Origin: Schmidtea nova
Taxonomy: Eukaryota
Assembly: GCA_044892505.1 (NCBI GenBank)
Contig: CM097882.1
Coordinates: 61,504,001 to 61,568,000, forward strand
Length of the DNA: 64,000 bases
Direction: 5' to 3'
In this document: in pieces, positions 13,401-26,637 of the stretch
How positions within the stretch are numbered: position 1 is the stretch's first letter
How the letters are laid out: each line of letters opens with the position of its first letter
Position numbers and translations under genes: made by a program
Notes under the pieces: model-generated
Seen by the model: the letters and a program-made list of their open reading frames with translations, nothing else
Told to the model about the DNA's origin: nothing
The model's database searches: none

Positions 13401-14338
13401 TAGTTAAAGCAGATTTACCCAAATTGGGTTCCACGGAACCCTGGTTCAGCGGTGTAAAAATAAGGGTCACACCAGAAAATCTAAAAACAGAGACGAATAT
13501 TAATTACTATCAATATTATAATAACAATTGTATCATTAATCATTGGAATTTAATTATTTAATATGTTAATTTTGAAATATTAATTCTTTATGATGATTTT
13601 GCATTCTAAAATTATTTAAATGCTTGTTTTAGTTCTAGTAGGAGTGTTGGGTTTTGTTACTCTAGCAGACGCGGACTGGGCCGCGAGACAACTGACAAAA
13701 TCGCGGTTGGTCGAAAGGACGATGAAATTAAAAAATTATAAAAGAAATTAAAAAAAACGATTTTTAAATAACTATTTTCTATTATGTAATATTTGTTTGC
13801 TCGACTTTAAAAGTATATTTAATAATAAATGAAGTATGTAAAGAAAATCGTAAGTACTGTGGTTATTGAGTATTTTCTGCAAATCATTCTTGATTTTGGG
13901 AATAATTTTATTGTCAATAAAATTAAATTTGGTAAATATTCTTGTCTTTTGCTTTTAATATATTACGAAAAACTAAATAACAACTATTCACTTAATTCAA
14001 ATATTAGATTAAAAGACAATTTTTTGCGGAAATTGAATATTCTATATAAATTTTAAATTATTCACGAGTTTGGAAAATTGACACAAAGGTCCGCCTTCAA
14101 ATAAAACAAATATTTTTTATACATCGAAGAAAGTGGACAAAATGTGTTCTGTGGTGAATCAAGAAGAAACAACTTCTCAAACACCATTACTGACCCGATC
14201 TGAATATATGGACATATATACGGTGTTATAGTAAATCTGTTTGTTAGTGTATGAGCAGCAATGGTGGTAAGGATGCAATACAACAGTAATGTGGTTAGCT
14301 GGTTAGTGGTATCAAAGAACATCAAAAAATAATTACAA

Positions 14339-14369
<31 letters not shown>

Positions 14370-14399
14370 AACACATAAACAAACATTATAACGATTTAA

Positions 14400-14500
14400 T
14401 TAAAGTAAAACGCTATTTATACAACAAACGAACTCTATATTTCGACAGACCCCCTGCCATCTTCAAGTATCCATAAAACAATGCTAATTTAGGCTAAACA
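14400..14500 (-). mobile_element. Degenerate PLE pLTR remnant with a decayed hammerhead motif
   Basis: Minus strand TTGAAGA-T-GGCAG GGGGT CTGTC-GAAA-TATA, the usual PLE HHR layout; stem I is damaged. Confidence 0.45.
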
Positions 14501-17330
14501 AACAAATTATAAACTATAATAAGATAAAGATGTTAACCTATTTTAAAAATTCTTTCGAACAATTATTTTAAATAATTTGACGTAAATTTTCAAAATGTAT
14601 AATAATTTATACTAACAAAATGTTCAATGTAAAAATATCAGTGAAAAACAGACTACGTAATGCTGAAAGAATTCAGAGACATTTGTTGCAATATTGAAAT
14701 TCTAAGGATTCCTTGTTTTTTTTTGGCTGTAGACAGTTTAAAAATGAAAATAAAATATTTTCATATTTCGCATGACATGATTGTAAATATACTCTTATTT
14801 GTTTGTTTTCAAATGCAGAAAACAAAATAATTAGCGTTTTAAAAAAGGATTTCTTTAAAAAAATCTAATAAATATTACAATTATTACCACAGATTTATTA
14901 CTTTTGCGAGTGTCCTAGATCAACACATTTTAATGCTATGTAGCGGGAAGTGTTGTTTTATTCGTAGCAATGAAACTTTTATTAGGGTTTGAGATAATTC
15001 TGTAATCTTGTATGGGTTTTAGTGAGAACTACTAAGTAGGGTAACAGACAATTAAATAATTAATAATCATTAAATGATTCAACTATTTACTTATACAAAT
15101 AAAAAAAAGATAATCACGGATGTTCATGTTTCAAAATAATTCTTTTACCCTGTTAATTTAACGACGANNNNNNNNNNNNNNNNNNNNNNNNNNNNNNNNN
15201 NNNNNNNNNNNNNNNNNNNNNNNNNNNNNNNNNNNNNNNNNNNNNNNNNNNNNNNNNNNNNNNNNNNNNNNNNNNNNNNNNNNNNNNNNNNNNNNNNNNN
15301 NNNNNNNNNNNNNNNNNNNNNNNNNNNNNNNNNNNNNNNNNNNNNNNNNNNNNNNNNNNNNNNNNNNNNNNNNNNNNNNNNNNNNNNNNNNNNNNNNNNN
15401 NNNNNNNNNNNNNNNNNNNNNNNNNNNNNNNNNNNNNNNNNNNNNNNNNNNNNNNNNNNNNNNNNNNNNNNNNNNNNNNNNNNNNNNNNNNNNNNNNNNN
15501 NNNNNNNNNNNNNNNNNNNNNNNNNNNNNNNNNNNNNNNNNNNNNNNNNNNNNNNNNNNNNNNNNNNNNNNNNNNNNNNNNNNNNNNNNNNNNNNNNNNN
15601 NNNNNNNNNNNNNNNNNNNNNNNNNNNNNNNNNNNNNNNNNNNNNNNNNNNNNNNNNNNNNNNNNNNNNNNNNNNNNNNNNNNNNNNNNNNNNNNNNNNN
15701 NNNNNNNNNNNNNNNNNNNNNNNNNNNNNNNNNNNNNNNNNNNNNNNNNNNNNNNNNTTTACATTTACTTTCTAACTGCTTTAGAAATAAAGATCCAAAA
15801 ATGTTTTCACCCATTTCACGCCCCTATAAACATATTTCGTTATGTAAGAAATTAATTCTTTCTCTTTATAGAATATATTAATTTAATTTTCTAACAAACA
15901 TTTCAATTGATGGACACTATTTTAAATGACCGTAGTCTGTCTTTCAGGAAATAGAAGAGAAAGTGAATATTTCTTTTCTTCCAAAATGATAATTCTTAAT
16001 AAATACGATGGGTATTTATTGTTTATAAGTAGATTAGATTTATTTTCAAGAATAACAACTGATTTCAGATTGGATTACTTGGTGTTTAAAAATTATTTTG
16101 TATAAATAATGTGAAATTTGGTTGGTGAAAATATATTTTTGTAATATCTTTGATAATAAAATGCTTGATTTCGAGATATTTTAGTTACTTATTTATAACG
16201 AGAATCATTTAAATTCTTTCTCGTTTTAATCGTTGTTCACAGTAGCAGGAAGACGTAAATTTGCATTTATTTCTACATAATCCTCAATAACAAATGTAAA
16301 ATAGATTAAAAATGCATTATTAACATATTAAAATCTTATCAATATAAATTAGTATATAAAAATAACAGTATAAACTCATAAAATAATAATTCCTCCATTC
16401 GGAAAAATTAGTATATATAAAAATCTAAAAATACTTTTCTTTCTTTTTTTTATGCAAATTTCGACACTGCCCATCCATTTTATAATATCATATTTATAAT
16501 AGGCTGAAGGATTTTTGAAATTTAGAAATAGTATGTCTTTAGTATTAGTATTTTGTTAGAGAATTTTCTTTCTTTTGCAATTAATTATTATTTTTTTATT
16601 ACTTTTATAGGGTAAACCTTTTAATATATCACTCTTAAAAAGAAACTCAAAGGTCGACAAGTCAATGTCAAATTTGCATAACATCAATAAAATATTTACC
16701 TTTATTTATTCCTCCTTATTCAACTAGAATCGGCTTTTCTGATGACCTCCCTTTTGATTTTTAACTGTCTTTTTACACTACTTGCTTATGTAAACTTATA
16801 CTATATATATTTAGCTGTTTTGATATTGAGGAAGAGAGACTCCATATATTATATGAAAGTTGAATGTTAATATTAGCATTTAATGGAAATTTATCCTTCT
16901 GAATAAATCCTTATTTTAGATAAGTACATATTTTTGAATGATATCTAAAGTCACACAAAATTTCCTATTTGCAATGTTAATCACAAGTATTTTAAATATA
17001 CAAACATCCTTATACGTATAACAAGTTTAGCGGCTGAAATAAGACAAAATAAAACTATAAAATAATTACCATTTATTTAAATTCCAATGCAGTTGTCGTC
17101 TGGAAACTGATGATCTGTTATTTTGCTTCGTAAATTGATGATTTATTATTTTTCTTTTGAAATTGATAATTCTTCGTTTTTGAAATAGAGGGGAAAATGT
17201 TTGCTGCTATGAATTATATATTTGATTGATATTTTCTTCTTGCTTGGTATTTTTTGAATCAGAGAGAAAAGTGCGTTTTTTGGTGATTTAAACAATCCCA
17301 GTTTATTTGTATATATAAATTAATATTTGA

Positions 17331-17402
<72 letters not shown>

Positions 17403-18161
17403 GATATAATATTTAATTAAATTTCTATATATAAAAATATTGCACCAATATATGAATAACGGAGGCACTACAACAAGTCTTTGATTTTTACCATTAACAT
17501 ATTCTTATGCTAATATTTATATTAAAAAGTTTGAAATATTACATTTAAATAATTTCAAAAATAATATCTTTCAATTTAATTTTCACAAGAAATTTTGCAT
17601 AAATTTCCAAATTTTCATAATAATTACAATTTTTATCAATATAGTATCAAATATTTTATAATAATTTTTATTACAAATTATATTTTGTAGTATTTCTGAA
17701 ATAGTGTATCTATTTCTAAACTAGCAAAATTCAACAATTTCTTCTTATAAATAATTCTAAAATTAATTGTAATTTTTGATTCTTTTTCAAATGTATAATG
17801 TAACTAAATTTAACAAAGTTATATATTATAAAATTTATTTTTAGAGAAAAAATATCTTTAATTATCACTTAACGCAGTTGCTAACAATTCCCACTGAAAT
17901 ACATTATTTAGAATCTGGCTCTGTTTTGTGCTTTCTGTCAGAGAAACTATTTCTTTGTAAGTTCAACTCGTCTCACTTATTTCTGGTAACCTTTCTTCTG
18001 CCAATACATCCTCGATCTTGACAATTTCAGTTAAATATTCCGTCTCATTTGAGTAATTTCAATTAGCGTAAGTTTTCAGGAATTCCTTTTACAAATGTTA
18101 TTTAATAACTTCAGTTACAATCTCTTCATAATTCATATTGATAATATTAAAACAAAGTTAA

Positions 18162-19877
18162 TTATTGAACATCAGTTTCCATCTCTTCATTTTCTTTGCA
18201 TCTCTTCAGCCATTCAATTCTTCTTGATTTGATTGAGTTTGGAAATTGTAATTCAACTTGTCTTGGTGATTTTAAAATTTTGTAAGGTCCTTCATATTGG
18301 ATTCCCTTCTTCTTTCGTCTATGTGGTTCCAAGCGAACTAATACTTTCTCTCCCACCTTGAATTCTCGAGTATCCGGGTGTTCTAAATCTCTATTTTGCA
18401 TTGTTGTAGCTGCTTTCTCTAGATTAGTTTTTGTTTTATCCACAATTTCTTGTTTTAAATAGTCGATCTGCCCTTGGAAATTCTAATATTGGTGCTTCAC
18501 ACAAGAGTTTCTTTAAATTGATAAAACCTTTTCTACACTCTTCAGTCCAAACAATAATTTTATCATTTCCTGTCATCGCGCATACAAAGATGCTGCTATC
18601 ATTGAATAATACTTGATAAACCGCTGATAATAATTAGTTAAACCTAAGAATGACCTCAATTCTGTAACACTATTCGGTTCAGTTGCATTTTCAATTTCTG
18701 AAATCTTTCTTTTGTTTGCTTGAACTCCCTTTTCACTCACTGTATGACCAATGAAATTTAATACGCTTTTATGGAACGCGCATTTCTCTGGATTAACTTT
18801 CAAACCGGCATCTCTAATGCGTGTGAATACTTCAAGTAAAAGTTTATCATGAGTTTCATGATTTTCAGCATATATTAAAATGTCATCAATAGACAACTAC
18901 TCCTTTGAAAATTAATCCTTCCAATATCTTATGCATCAGTTTCTGAAAAGTGGCAATAGCTGTTGATAAACCAAATGGTAACCTGTTAAAACAGAACTGT
19001 CCCTCTTTTGTACTAAATACCGTCTTGGTTTAGGAATTTTCATGCAACTCTACCTGATAATAGACTTGACCTAAATCAATTGATGAAAATATCTTTGACT
19101 TACCGAGACAATCCAATAATAACTGCATGTCTGGCATCGGTAATGAAAACCTTTCTGTAACCAAATTTAATAGCCTAAAATCTAGACACATTCTTATAGA
19201 GCAATCCAGTTTTCCGACTATCACTAGTAGTGTGTTCCACGGAGTCTGACATTTTCTCATAACTCCAGCTTCTAATAAATTCTGTATTAACTCTTCAATT
19301 TTGACTTCTAAATGCATGGGTTGTCTTCTTGGATTTTGTAAAATTGGAGGATCCAAAGTCGTTATTTCATGTGTTATTACTTTTGTATGAACTAAGTCAA
19401 ATCTGGATGCCATAGAAATCTTGCTAATCTTAGATATTAAAGTAACCAACTTCGAATTCTTGTCCAACTGGAGCGTCAATAACGCAAACTCTAACCGATC
19501 AGAATCTGTAAATCTCTGGGTAAATAACGATGCATCTATATTATTAACTTCTTCAAGATCCATAACAAATATTCTCATGGTGTCTATACCTCCTCTAAAT
19601 CTGTATGAATTTTTCTGAGAATAATAACATTCAATTCTCGACATTTGTTGTTCCATTTTGCAACGATTTTAACGCTTCCGAGAGGTTTCTCGTCTTCTTT
19701 TGAAAATACTCCACTCAACCGTATTCTGCTTTCCATCAATGTTTGACTGCCAATCAATCTCCAACATTTCTCACTCATCACACTGATTGAAGCTCCTGAA
19801 TCCCAAAACATCTCTACAAAAAATTCATTTATTTCAATCGAACTCCACTTTCTGTCATCATCCTTCTTAAACATCAC
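18162..19877 (-). pseudogene. Gypsy pol remnants (protease, RT, integrase C-terminus); RNase H and integrase core missing
   Basis: FWDSGASISV (protease). RMCLDFRLLN, IDLGQVYYQV, SIDDILIY and LRSFLGLTNYY (RT). YEGPYKI (GPY/F). Several frameshifts and stops. Confidence 0.85.
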
Positions 19878-19925
19878 ATCCTTCTTTACAACATTTCGTT
19901 TTTATACTCATCTACTGTCTCGACC

Positions 19926-21114
19926 CTACTGACGAAATGTAGACAACAGGGTCTTCTTGGTTTTTTGAGTTTCAACACTATGTATGACTGGGGATATCAA
20001 TTCCTCTGATCTGTCATCGTCTTCCTCGTGTATACAGTACACTCTTCGTTCCAGTCTTTGTCTATTGCTTCTTGATTTCGCTAACAAATTGCAACTTCTA
20101 AACGAATGACCTTCTTTACCGCATATTAAGCACTTGTCCTTCAAAGGACACTCAAATCGCATATGGTCACTTTGTCCACAACAAAAGCATTGACCAGATC
20201 TTAACCTTTCTTTTGCTGGCTCAGGTAGACCAAACATCTATTATACACTTTTTTTCTTTGAAACTAACGGTGGTGGTCTACGATCTATAGTTGTCCTCTT
20301 ATTATATTGTTCTACCATGGATTTCACTCTATCAATTTTTCTTTCGTTTCTTTCATTTCTATTTTGATAACTTATATCTGGTTGACGACTCGAATACATT
20401 CTATTATTTAAAGATATTTTTAGTCCATTGCTTCTGTTTATCTTGAGCAGCGTTTGCATAGGTTGATTTCACTACTGCTTGATTTTCTTCAAATTGTTCT
20501 TTTGCATCATAACCTTCTCGTGCCTCATATACTTTTGCTAAATTTCTATTTTCTTCCCTCGTGATGTTAGCCTTCGTTGATATATTTTCTTTCAAACGGT
20601 CGTTCTGAACTCTGCTGCACAAAATCAGTTTAACAATATTTTCTTTGGAAACACCACAGTCAAAAACCTCATCAACAAGTTTCTTTACTCGTATCTCGAA
20701 TGTAATAAATCTTTCATCATTATTTTGTTTTACTGCTGATAAGTCACAAATCTTATCCATAATGGACTTCTTTTTAGTAAATGTTTCATTAAACCATTCA
20801 CGAGTTTCTTCATTCGTTGTGGCGATATCCTTAAATTCTTTCCAGAGAATAGATGCCTCTTCAGACAATAATAAATCAAAAATACTTACTAAATTTAGAT
20901 CATTTATTAGCATCCAATCTTCAATATCCTTGAGCCATTTCTCTGCTTCTATCGTGCTTTGGCCATCAAATCTTCTGACATTAAAATTCAAAATGTCTTT
21001 TGCCTGTTTAAGCAAAGATTCCAAAATCATCTTTCTATGTTGATTTCTTGTCACCACGCGAATTGGCTCGATTTTTTCGGCGTGGTCGCCAGTTACAATC
21101 TCTTCATAATTCAT
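19926..21114 (-). pseudogene. Gypsy gag, frameshifted, with two CCHC zinc knuckles
   Basis: RRFDGQS..AEKWLKDIEDW gag core in 20404-21114. CFCCGQSDHMRFEC and CLICGKEGHSFRSC in 19926-20237. Confidence 0.85.
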
Positions 21115-22369
21115 ATTGATAATATTAAAACAAAGTTAATTATTGAACATCACAACTTCTATTGAAAGAAAACTTGCCTTAAAATTTGTAATAAGATAAA
21201 TAAACATTGATCTATTTATGAAATATTCAAAACAATGAAATTTATTTTTTTTCATGAATGCAAGTCTTTTCGAAAAAAAGGTTTTTGAAACCTTTATTTG
21301 GGTCTCTCAATCTAGTACCAGAAGTGCAACTCTTCTTTAGAAGACAAATTGGGTCAAAACAATAAATAGAGGAAGCTCAGTAGTAAATACTGAGTACAAT
21401 ATCAAGTAAGATTATCTAACAAAATATAATTATGTTATTATTTAATTTTAACAATTACTTTTCATAAATAAATTAATTTTAAAAACATCAAAACTTTTTT
21501 TAAATACCAACAACTTAGATTTTATTATGTCGTCAATTATATTTATTTTTATTTTCAGAAAATAATATTAATAAACTTCAAAAATAACAATAATACATTA
21601 AAAGAAAATAAAGTTATCAATAATTATTTAATGTATAATAAACAATTAATAATATGGATGATAAAAATTATTTCAGTATTATCTAAACTTTTAAAAACAA
21701 AAAAAAAATAAAATTATTCTAAAGTTTCTGATTATTTTAAAATAAAATAAAAAATATCTAAAATATCATCTTAATAAATAATGCATAGCATTTGTATTCC
21801 TAACATTGCAATGTACTTAAAAATATTTCATTGTTAAATTATTAATTATATTTTAAATTAATGTTCATTTAAACAATTACCTGATATAAATCCTTGAAAC
21901 GAATTCCTACTGCTAACATCACTGCTGCCAACAATAACCATCAACTCTTCATCAATGGCTGTGTTTTGATCTATACCTATTTTTACAATAATTTTAATTT
22001 AATAAATATAATAATTTTATCACAAATGTCTATTTTCATGTCAGAAAATAGACTTGAAAAAGATTTTCTTTATAAATTTGAATTTTTCACTATTGGAGTT
22101 ATAATTATTTAATATTATTTATATAAATATTTATATAATAAATATAATAATTATATATTATGATTATAGTTTAATAGTTTTTTATATATAGCACATTAAC
22201 ACTTGAAAAAAAGTTGTGCCGAAAGTCCGTGCGCTATATTAAAGCAATTTATTTATGTAGAATTTATGTATAAAAATATGAAAATCTTTTTACATCAAAA
22301 AAATGATATGAAAGAAGGAAAAAAATAAATGATTTATATGATTATTGGATTTTAAATAATTAATAATTA

Positions 22370-23490
22370 ACAAAATAAGCTTTTGCTGGAAAATCTTCGA
22401 TTATAAAATTTTTCAACGTGTTTTGCTGTTTCTTTCTCTTGAATTATATCTTATTTCATTGGATATAAATTTAATTAATATAAAATTTAAAATTTAAAGT
22501 CCTCTAAGTTAAAAAATTTTAAAAAAACAAAAAGTGTAAAATTTTAAATTTATTTTAAAATAAATAAGTCAATTTCAAAGAAAAGAGTTATACTTTTTAA
22601 AATTCAAAATATCTTTTATTTAGTGTGTATTTATTCTAATTTTCTAATTTGAATTTTAAAACTAATTTAATTATATTTCTCTTTGAAATGCCAATATATT
22701 TTCTGTACTTTCTGTTTTTCCCTTTTTCTCTTTCTTTGTAGAACCATGTTTTTTAACAAGATAGCTAACATTCTTTTTAGAGTTAAATTTTGGGTGTCGG
22801 TCTCTAATAAGAATAATTTCTTTAAGTCTGAGAATTTTTTCATCTTTTTCGCTTGTTAATATTTTCAATGATATTAAATTGTTTTTATTTTTTGACATTA
22901 GTGAAGATGTCTTTATCAGATGACTTTCCACCAGGATCAGGATGTTCTTTATTTTTCTGATGCAAAGTGCGAATGGTGCATCTGATGTAAATTTATTCGC
23001 ATTAATTACACATGATGCTATAGACCAGCGGTCGGGAACCTTTTTTAAGTAAAGAGTCAAATCAACAAAAAATTTCAAAAAAATGAAATTTAAGAGCCGC
23101 AGTCACAGACATATTCGAGCTAAAAACTTGTGTAGCATTAAAAAATTTGTATATTACGAAATGACTTATCTTATTAAATAAGAAAAGTCATTTCGTAATA
23201 TACAAATTTTTAATGCTATACAAGTTTTTAGCTCGAATATGTCTGTGACTGCGGCTCTTAAATTTCATTTTTTTGAAACTTTTTGTTGATTTGACTCTTT
23301 ACTTACCTAAGACTTAGGTGATGATTTCAGAAACATACTGAAAACATTAGATGGCAGCAGCGAATTTTTAAAAAAATATTATTCAAAGTAAGAGCCACAG
23401 GTTTTGAAGCTAAGAACCGCATGCGGCTCCAGAGCCGCCGGTTCCCGACCGATGCTATAGACTATGTTCTTAGGGAAAGGCTTAATTTGT
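22370..23490 (-). mobile_element. Degenerate Penelope-like 3' fragment (GIY-YIG tail), interrupted by a hAT MITE
   Basis: Nucleotide similarity to 49770-50180 (e.g. catgatgctatagac.atgttctt; ccaccaggatca.gatgttcttta). C-terminal KILRLKEIILIRDRHPKFN. Confidence 0.7.
23026..23454 (+). mobile_element. hAT (Charlie/Buster-like) MITE with an internal 130-bp fold-back
   Basis: 15-bp TIRs CAGCGGTCGGGAACC / CATCGGTCGGGAACC. Perfect 8-bp TSD CTATAGAC (23018-23025, 23455-23462). Confidence 0.92.
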
Positions 23491-25609
23491 TATTTATTAA
23501 TTATCTAATATTTAATTAATGCTGCTACCAATGAATCACCATTTTAGATTATTAGATTTAATAAACTAAACAAAAGTGAATAGTTTATATTACCATTTTT
23601 AGCACCTGTTATCCCTATAGGTTACATTAGTACAATTATGACCAAACATTATGGGGTCCAGTCAGTATGTTCTAATTTAATAAGGCAAAGTATTTGGCGA
23701 AATCTGTTTCTTTTTTGATCTTTATAAGTTTTATAATATATAACACTGATTTAAGATATGTTTAAATAATATAAATAAAGGTACCATTTTAATTACTTTC
23801 ACTCCAATTTATATCAATGTTAGTGCATCCACTTTACTTTTATACTAAAATAGGTCCCTTGTATCCGAAACCATTATGTTTCTTTGATGCCTTAATTTCA
23901 ATAAATTTTATTTTTATATAACTAATGCGGATAATTTATAATCTTTTTTACCATTTTAATTCCTTTTAATCATTTAGTTGCTTAATTTTAATTTGATTAT
24001 TTTTTTGATCAATACTGATAATTAATGTATTAAATGTTTATTTTTATAAATTTTGTAAAAAGTGACAAATTTTGAGTTTTAGCTTGACTATTATTTATTA
24101 ATGGTATTTTGTTAAAATTTGTGAATTTAACAGTGAATTTAACATTTTCTTTTGTTTTATGGAAATTTAAATACATTTTTTAAATTTTTTATATATTGGG
24201 AATTTGTTAAAATGTTTATTTTTAAAGATTCTTGAACTTAATATATGTACCTTTATTAAAAATCTTTATATTAACATATTTGTAACCATTATGTTATCAA
24301 GCAAATATTAAAAACTCGTTGACCTAAGCTAAATCTTTTTTATATACTCTTAAAAAGATTTCTTCTATTTAAAAACGTGTTAGATTAAGATAAATAATAT
24401 CGTATTTACTGTAAAAACAAATAAATCTATTATAATTATTATTGTATTTAATTAAATTATATATTTTTATAGCGTTCAAATATTTATGTCTACTGACATT
24501 TTTAAGAATCAAATTAATTGCTTCGTATAATCAATTAGATAACATTATTTTTCTTTTTTACAAAAAAATAAAAATAATAAATATATTTCAGCTATTAGTG
24601 AAATTTTGTTTTGTATTTCATAAAAACATTTATATGTATATATTAAAAAATATATAAATAAATAGAGTTTACATAAATAAGTTTGTTTAAATTTTCATAT
24701 TTGATAGTGTTATAAAATATTCAAATACGAATAAAATTGTAGTCATATTTTGAGTTATTTTAGTCAAAAACAAACAATTTCCTTCGTTGTTTCTTAGAGA
24801 AACTTCTCTTGTAAAAATAATGAAATTATAATATATTATATGCTCATTAAATGAAATTCGACGACAAAATGTGGAAAAAACAAAGCCGAGACATGAACTA
24901 CTATTTTAAGACAGTCCGGAAAATCTAATTTTCATATTTATTAACCCACTTCTTAAGATGAAAAGAAATTTAAAGAAACCCTTATCAGTCACAAAATGTT
25001 GTGTATAATTCTAAAAATATTTAAAATATTTGCATTATGAATATTATATATGTTGGGTTATTAGTATAAAGTCGGTAGTTTCTGACTCCTGTGTTCTCTT
25101 TCAATTACAAAATAAACAAAACCCAACACAATAACTTTCTTTATTTTTCAAATGATCACAACTCTTTTTATCACAAAAAGTTACTCAGGCTCTGCACTCT
25201 TCTCGTGAGGGTAGAACACCCAATGGGATATCTCCCTCTCTGGTACGCAACGATTAAGTTCAAATTCTACCTTTGATTTCCTTTCAACGTCTCCTCCAAA
25301 TATCCTCTCACGGTTTGAGATTCACTTTTTACCTAAAATTTATCTTCGACCAACTGGCAATTTCGGCACTTTTCTCTCCGTTTTTATACCATCTTTGTGT
25401 TGCCATTTTGTCGGTGTAATTGGATATTGTCAAAAAGGAAACTAATCAAATCGGCTCGGTTGTAATCGGATCTGATTAGCCCTGCTTGGTCGTAATTGGA
25501 TCTTTGCCGTTAATGGTTTTTCCGACTCTCCCCGGGACATTCAATTTAATTCGATAGTTTAATGACTTCGCTGATGCCCCGGGTTTCCCACATCACTCGG
25601 ATCTCCTAC

Positions 25610-25694
25610 TAGCTCGGGTTTCCCATTAGCTCGGGTCTCCCATTAGCTCGGGTTTCCCATTAGCTCAGGTCTCCCATTAGCTCGGGTTTCCCAC
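25610..25694. repeat. 17-bp minisatellite, 5 units, alternating TTT/TCT variants
   Basis: TAGCTCGGGTTTCCCAT / TAGCTCGGGTCTCCCAT alternate, giving a 34-bp higher-order unit. Confidence 0.95.
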
Positions 25695-26149
25695 TAGCTG
25701 GAGCTTCCTATAGAATAATTAATTATTTTAATTAATTTGTATTTTCTAATTATTTCCTTCTGGGGGCCCCTTTCTATTTTTATATACCCATATTTGAATT
25801 CGTCTCATCATTTGCCATCCTCGCATACCAGTTTCCCCCGTTGAATCTTTATTTTTGAATTTTATAAATTTTTAATTAATGTTTGTACTTCAATTATTAT
25901 TTTTCCAATTTTCGTATTTTTATCGATTTGCACATAGTTTTTGTGCTTTTTAATATTTTATTTCAAGCCAGTTCATCTAACCCCAACATATATATGTGTG
26001 TGTGTGTGGATAGCAAAAATAAAAGTTAATAAATAATAAAAATTTAGTAAATTAGTTGAACTGAAATGATTAGAATTAGAATTAGAAGCAATAAAAAGTT
26101 TGACAAAACAACATGTTAGAAAATTTTACAATTTATTAATACAAATAGT

Positions 26150-26637
26150 ATGAATAATATGAATAATATGAATAATATGAATAATATGAATAATATGAAT
26201 AAGATGAATAGTATGAATAATATGAATAAGATGAATAAGATGAATAAGATGAATAATATGAATAGTATGAATAATATGAATAATATGAATAATATGAATA
26301 ATATGAATAATATGAATAATATGAATAATATGAATAATATGAATAATATGAATAATATGAATAATATGAATAATATGAATAAGATGAATAGTATGAATAA
26401 TATGAATAATATGAATAAGATGAATAGTATGAATAATATGAATAAGATGAATAAGATGAATAAGATGAATAATATGAATAGTATGAATAATATGAATAAT
26501 ATGAATAATATGAATAATATGAATAATATGAATAATATGAATAATATGAATAATATGAATAATATGAATAATATGAATAATATGAATAATATGAATAAGA
26601 TGAATAAGATGAATATTATGAATAATATGAATAAGTA
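26150..26637. repeat. 9-bp minisatellite (ATGAATAAT)n with AAG/AGT variants
   Basis: About 54 units read directly; the variant pattern recurs as a ~180-bp higher-order block. Confidence 0.95.

Larger units (their letters stand above)
18113..21154 (-). mobile_element. Ty3/Gypsy LTR retrotransposon, internally deleted, with 62-64-bp LTRs
   Basis: Identical 62-bp direct repeats at 18113-18174 and 21091-21152. 5-bp TSD ACTTC (18108-18112, 21155-21159). PBS-like TGGCGACCACG at 21091-21081. The interior carries gag, two CCHC knuckles, DSG protease, RT (IDDIL) and the integrase GPY tail. Confidence 0.9.

Noticed and set aside
13398-13455. hAT-like single ends (also ~1340-1373, ~2645-2680, ~13665-13685)
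   Set aside because: Only one terminus is visible, with no partner TIR or TSD, so they are not called as elements.
15158-15814. ORFs spanning N runs (also near 8.9, 35.3, 47.4, 53.6 and 54.8 kb)
   Set aside because: Artefacts of assembly gaps.
20645-21043. Plus-strand ORFs antisense to TE genes (also 18431, 19421, 38557, 50262, 60987, 61276)
   Set aside because: Shadow frames of real coding sequence on the opposite strand.
22200-22235. cacttgaaaaaaagttgtgccgaaagtccgtgc resembles the 3' end of the Cas9 tracrRNA/sgRNA scaffold
   Set aside because: Short and mismatched, with no anti-repeat, cas gene or array. It is equally similar to the local PLE arm (acttgataaaggctgtgccgaaa) and is best read as a decayed copy or chance.
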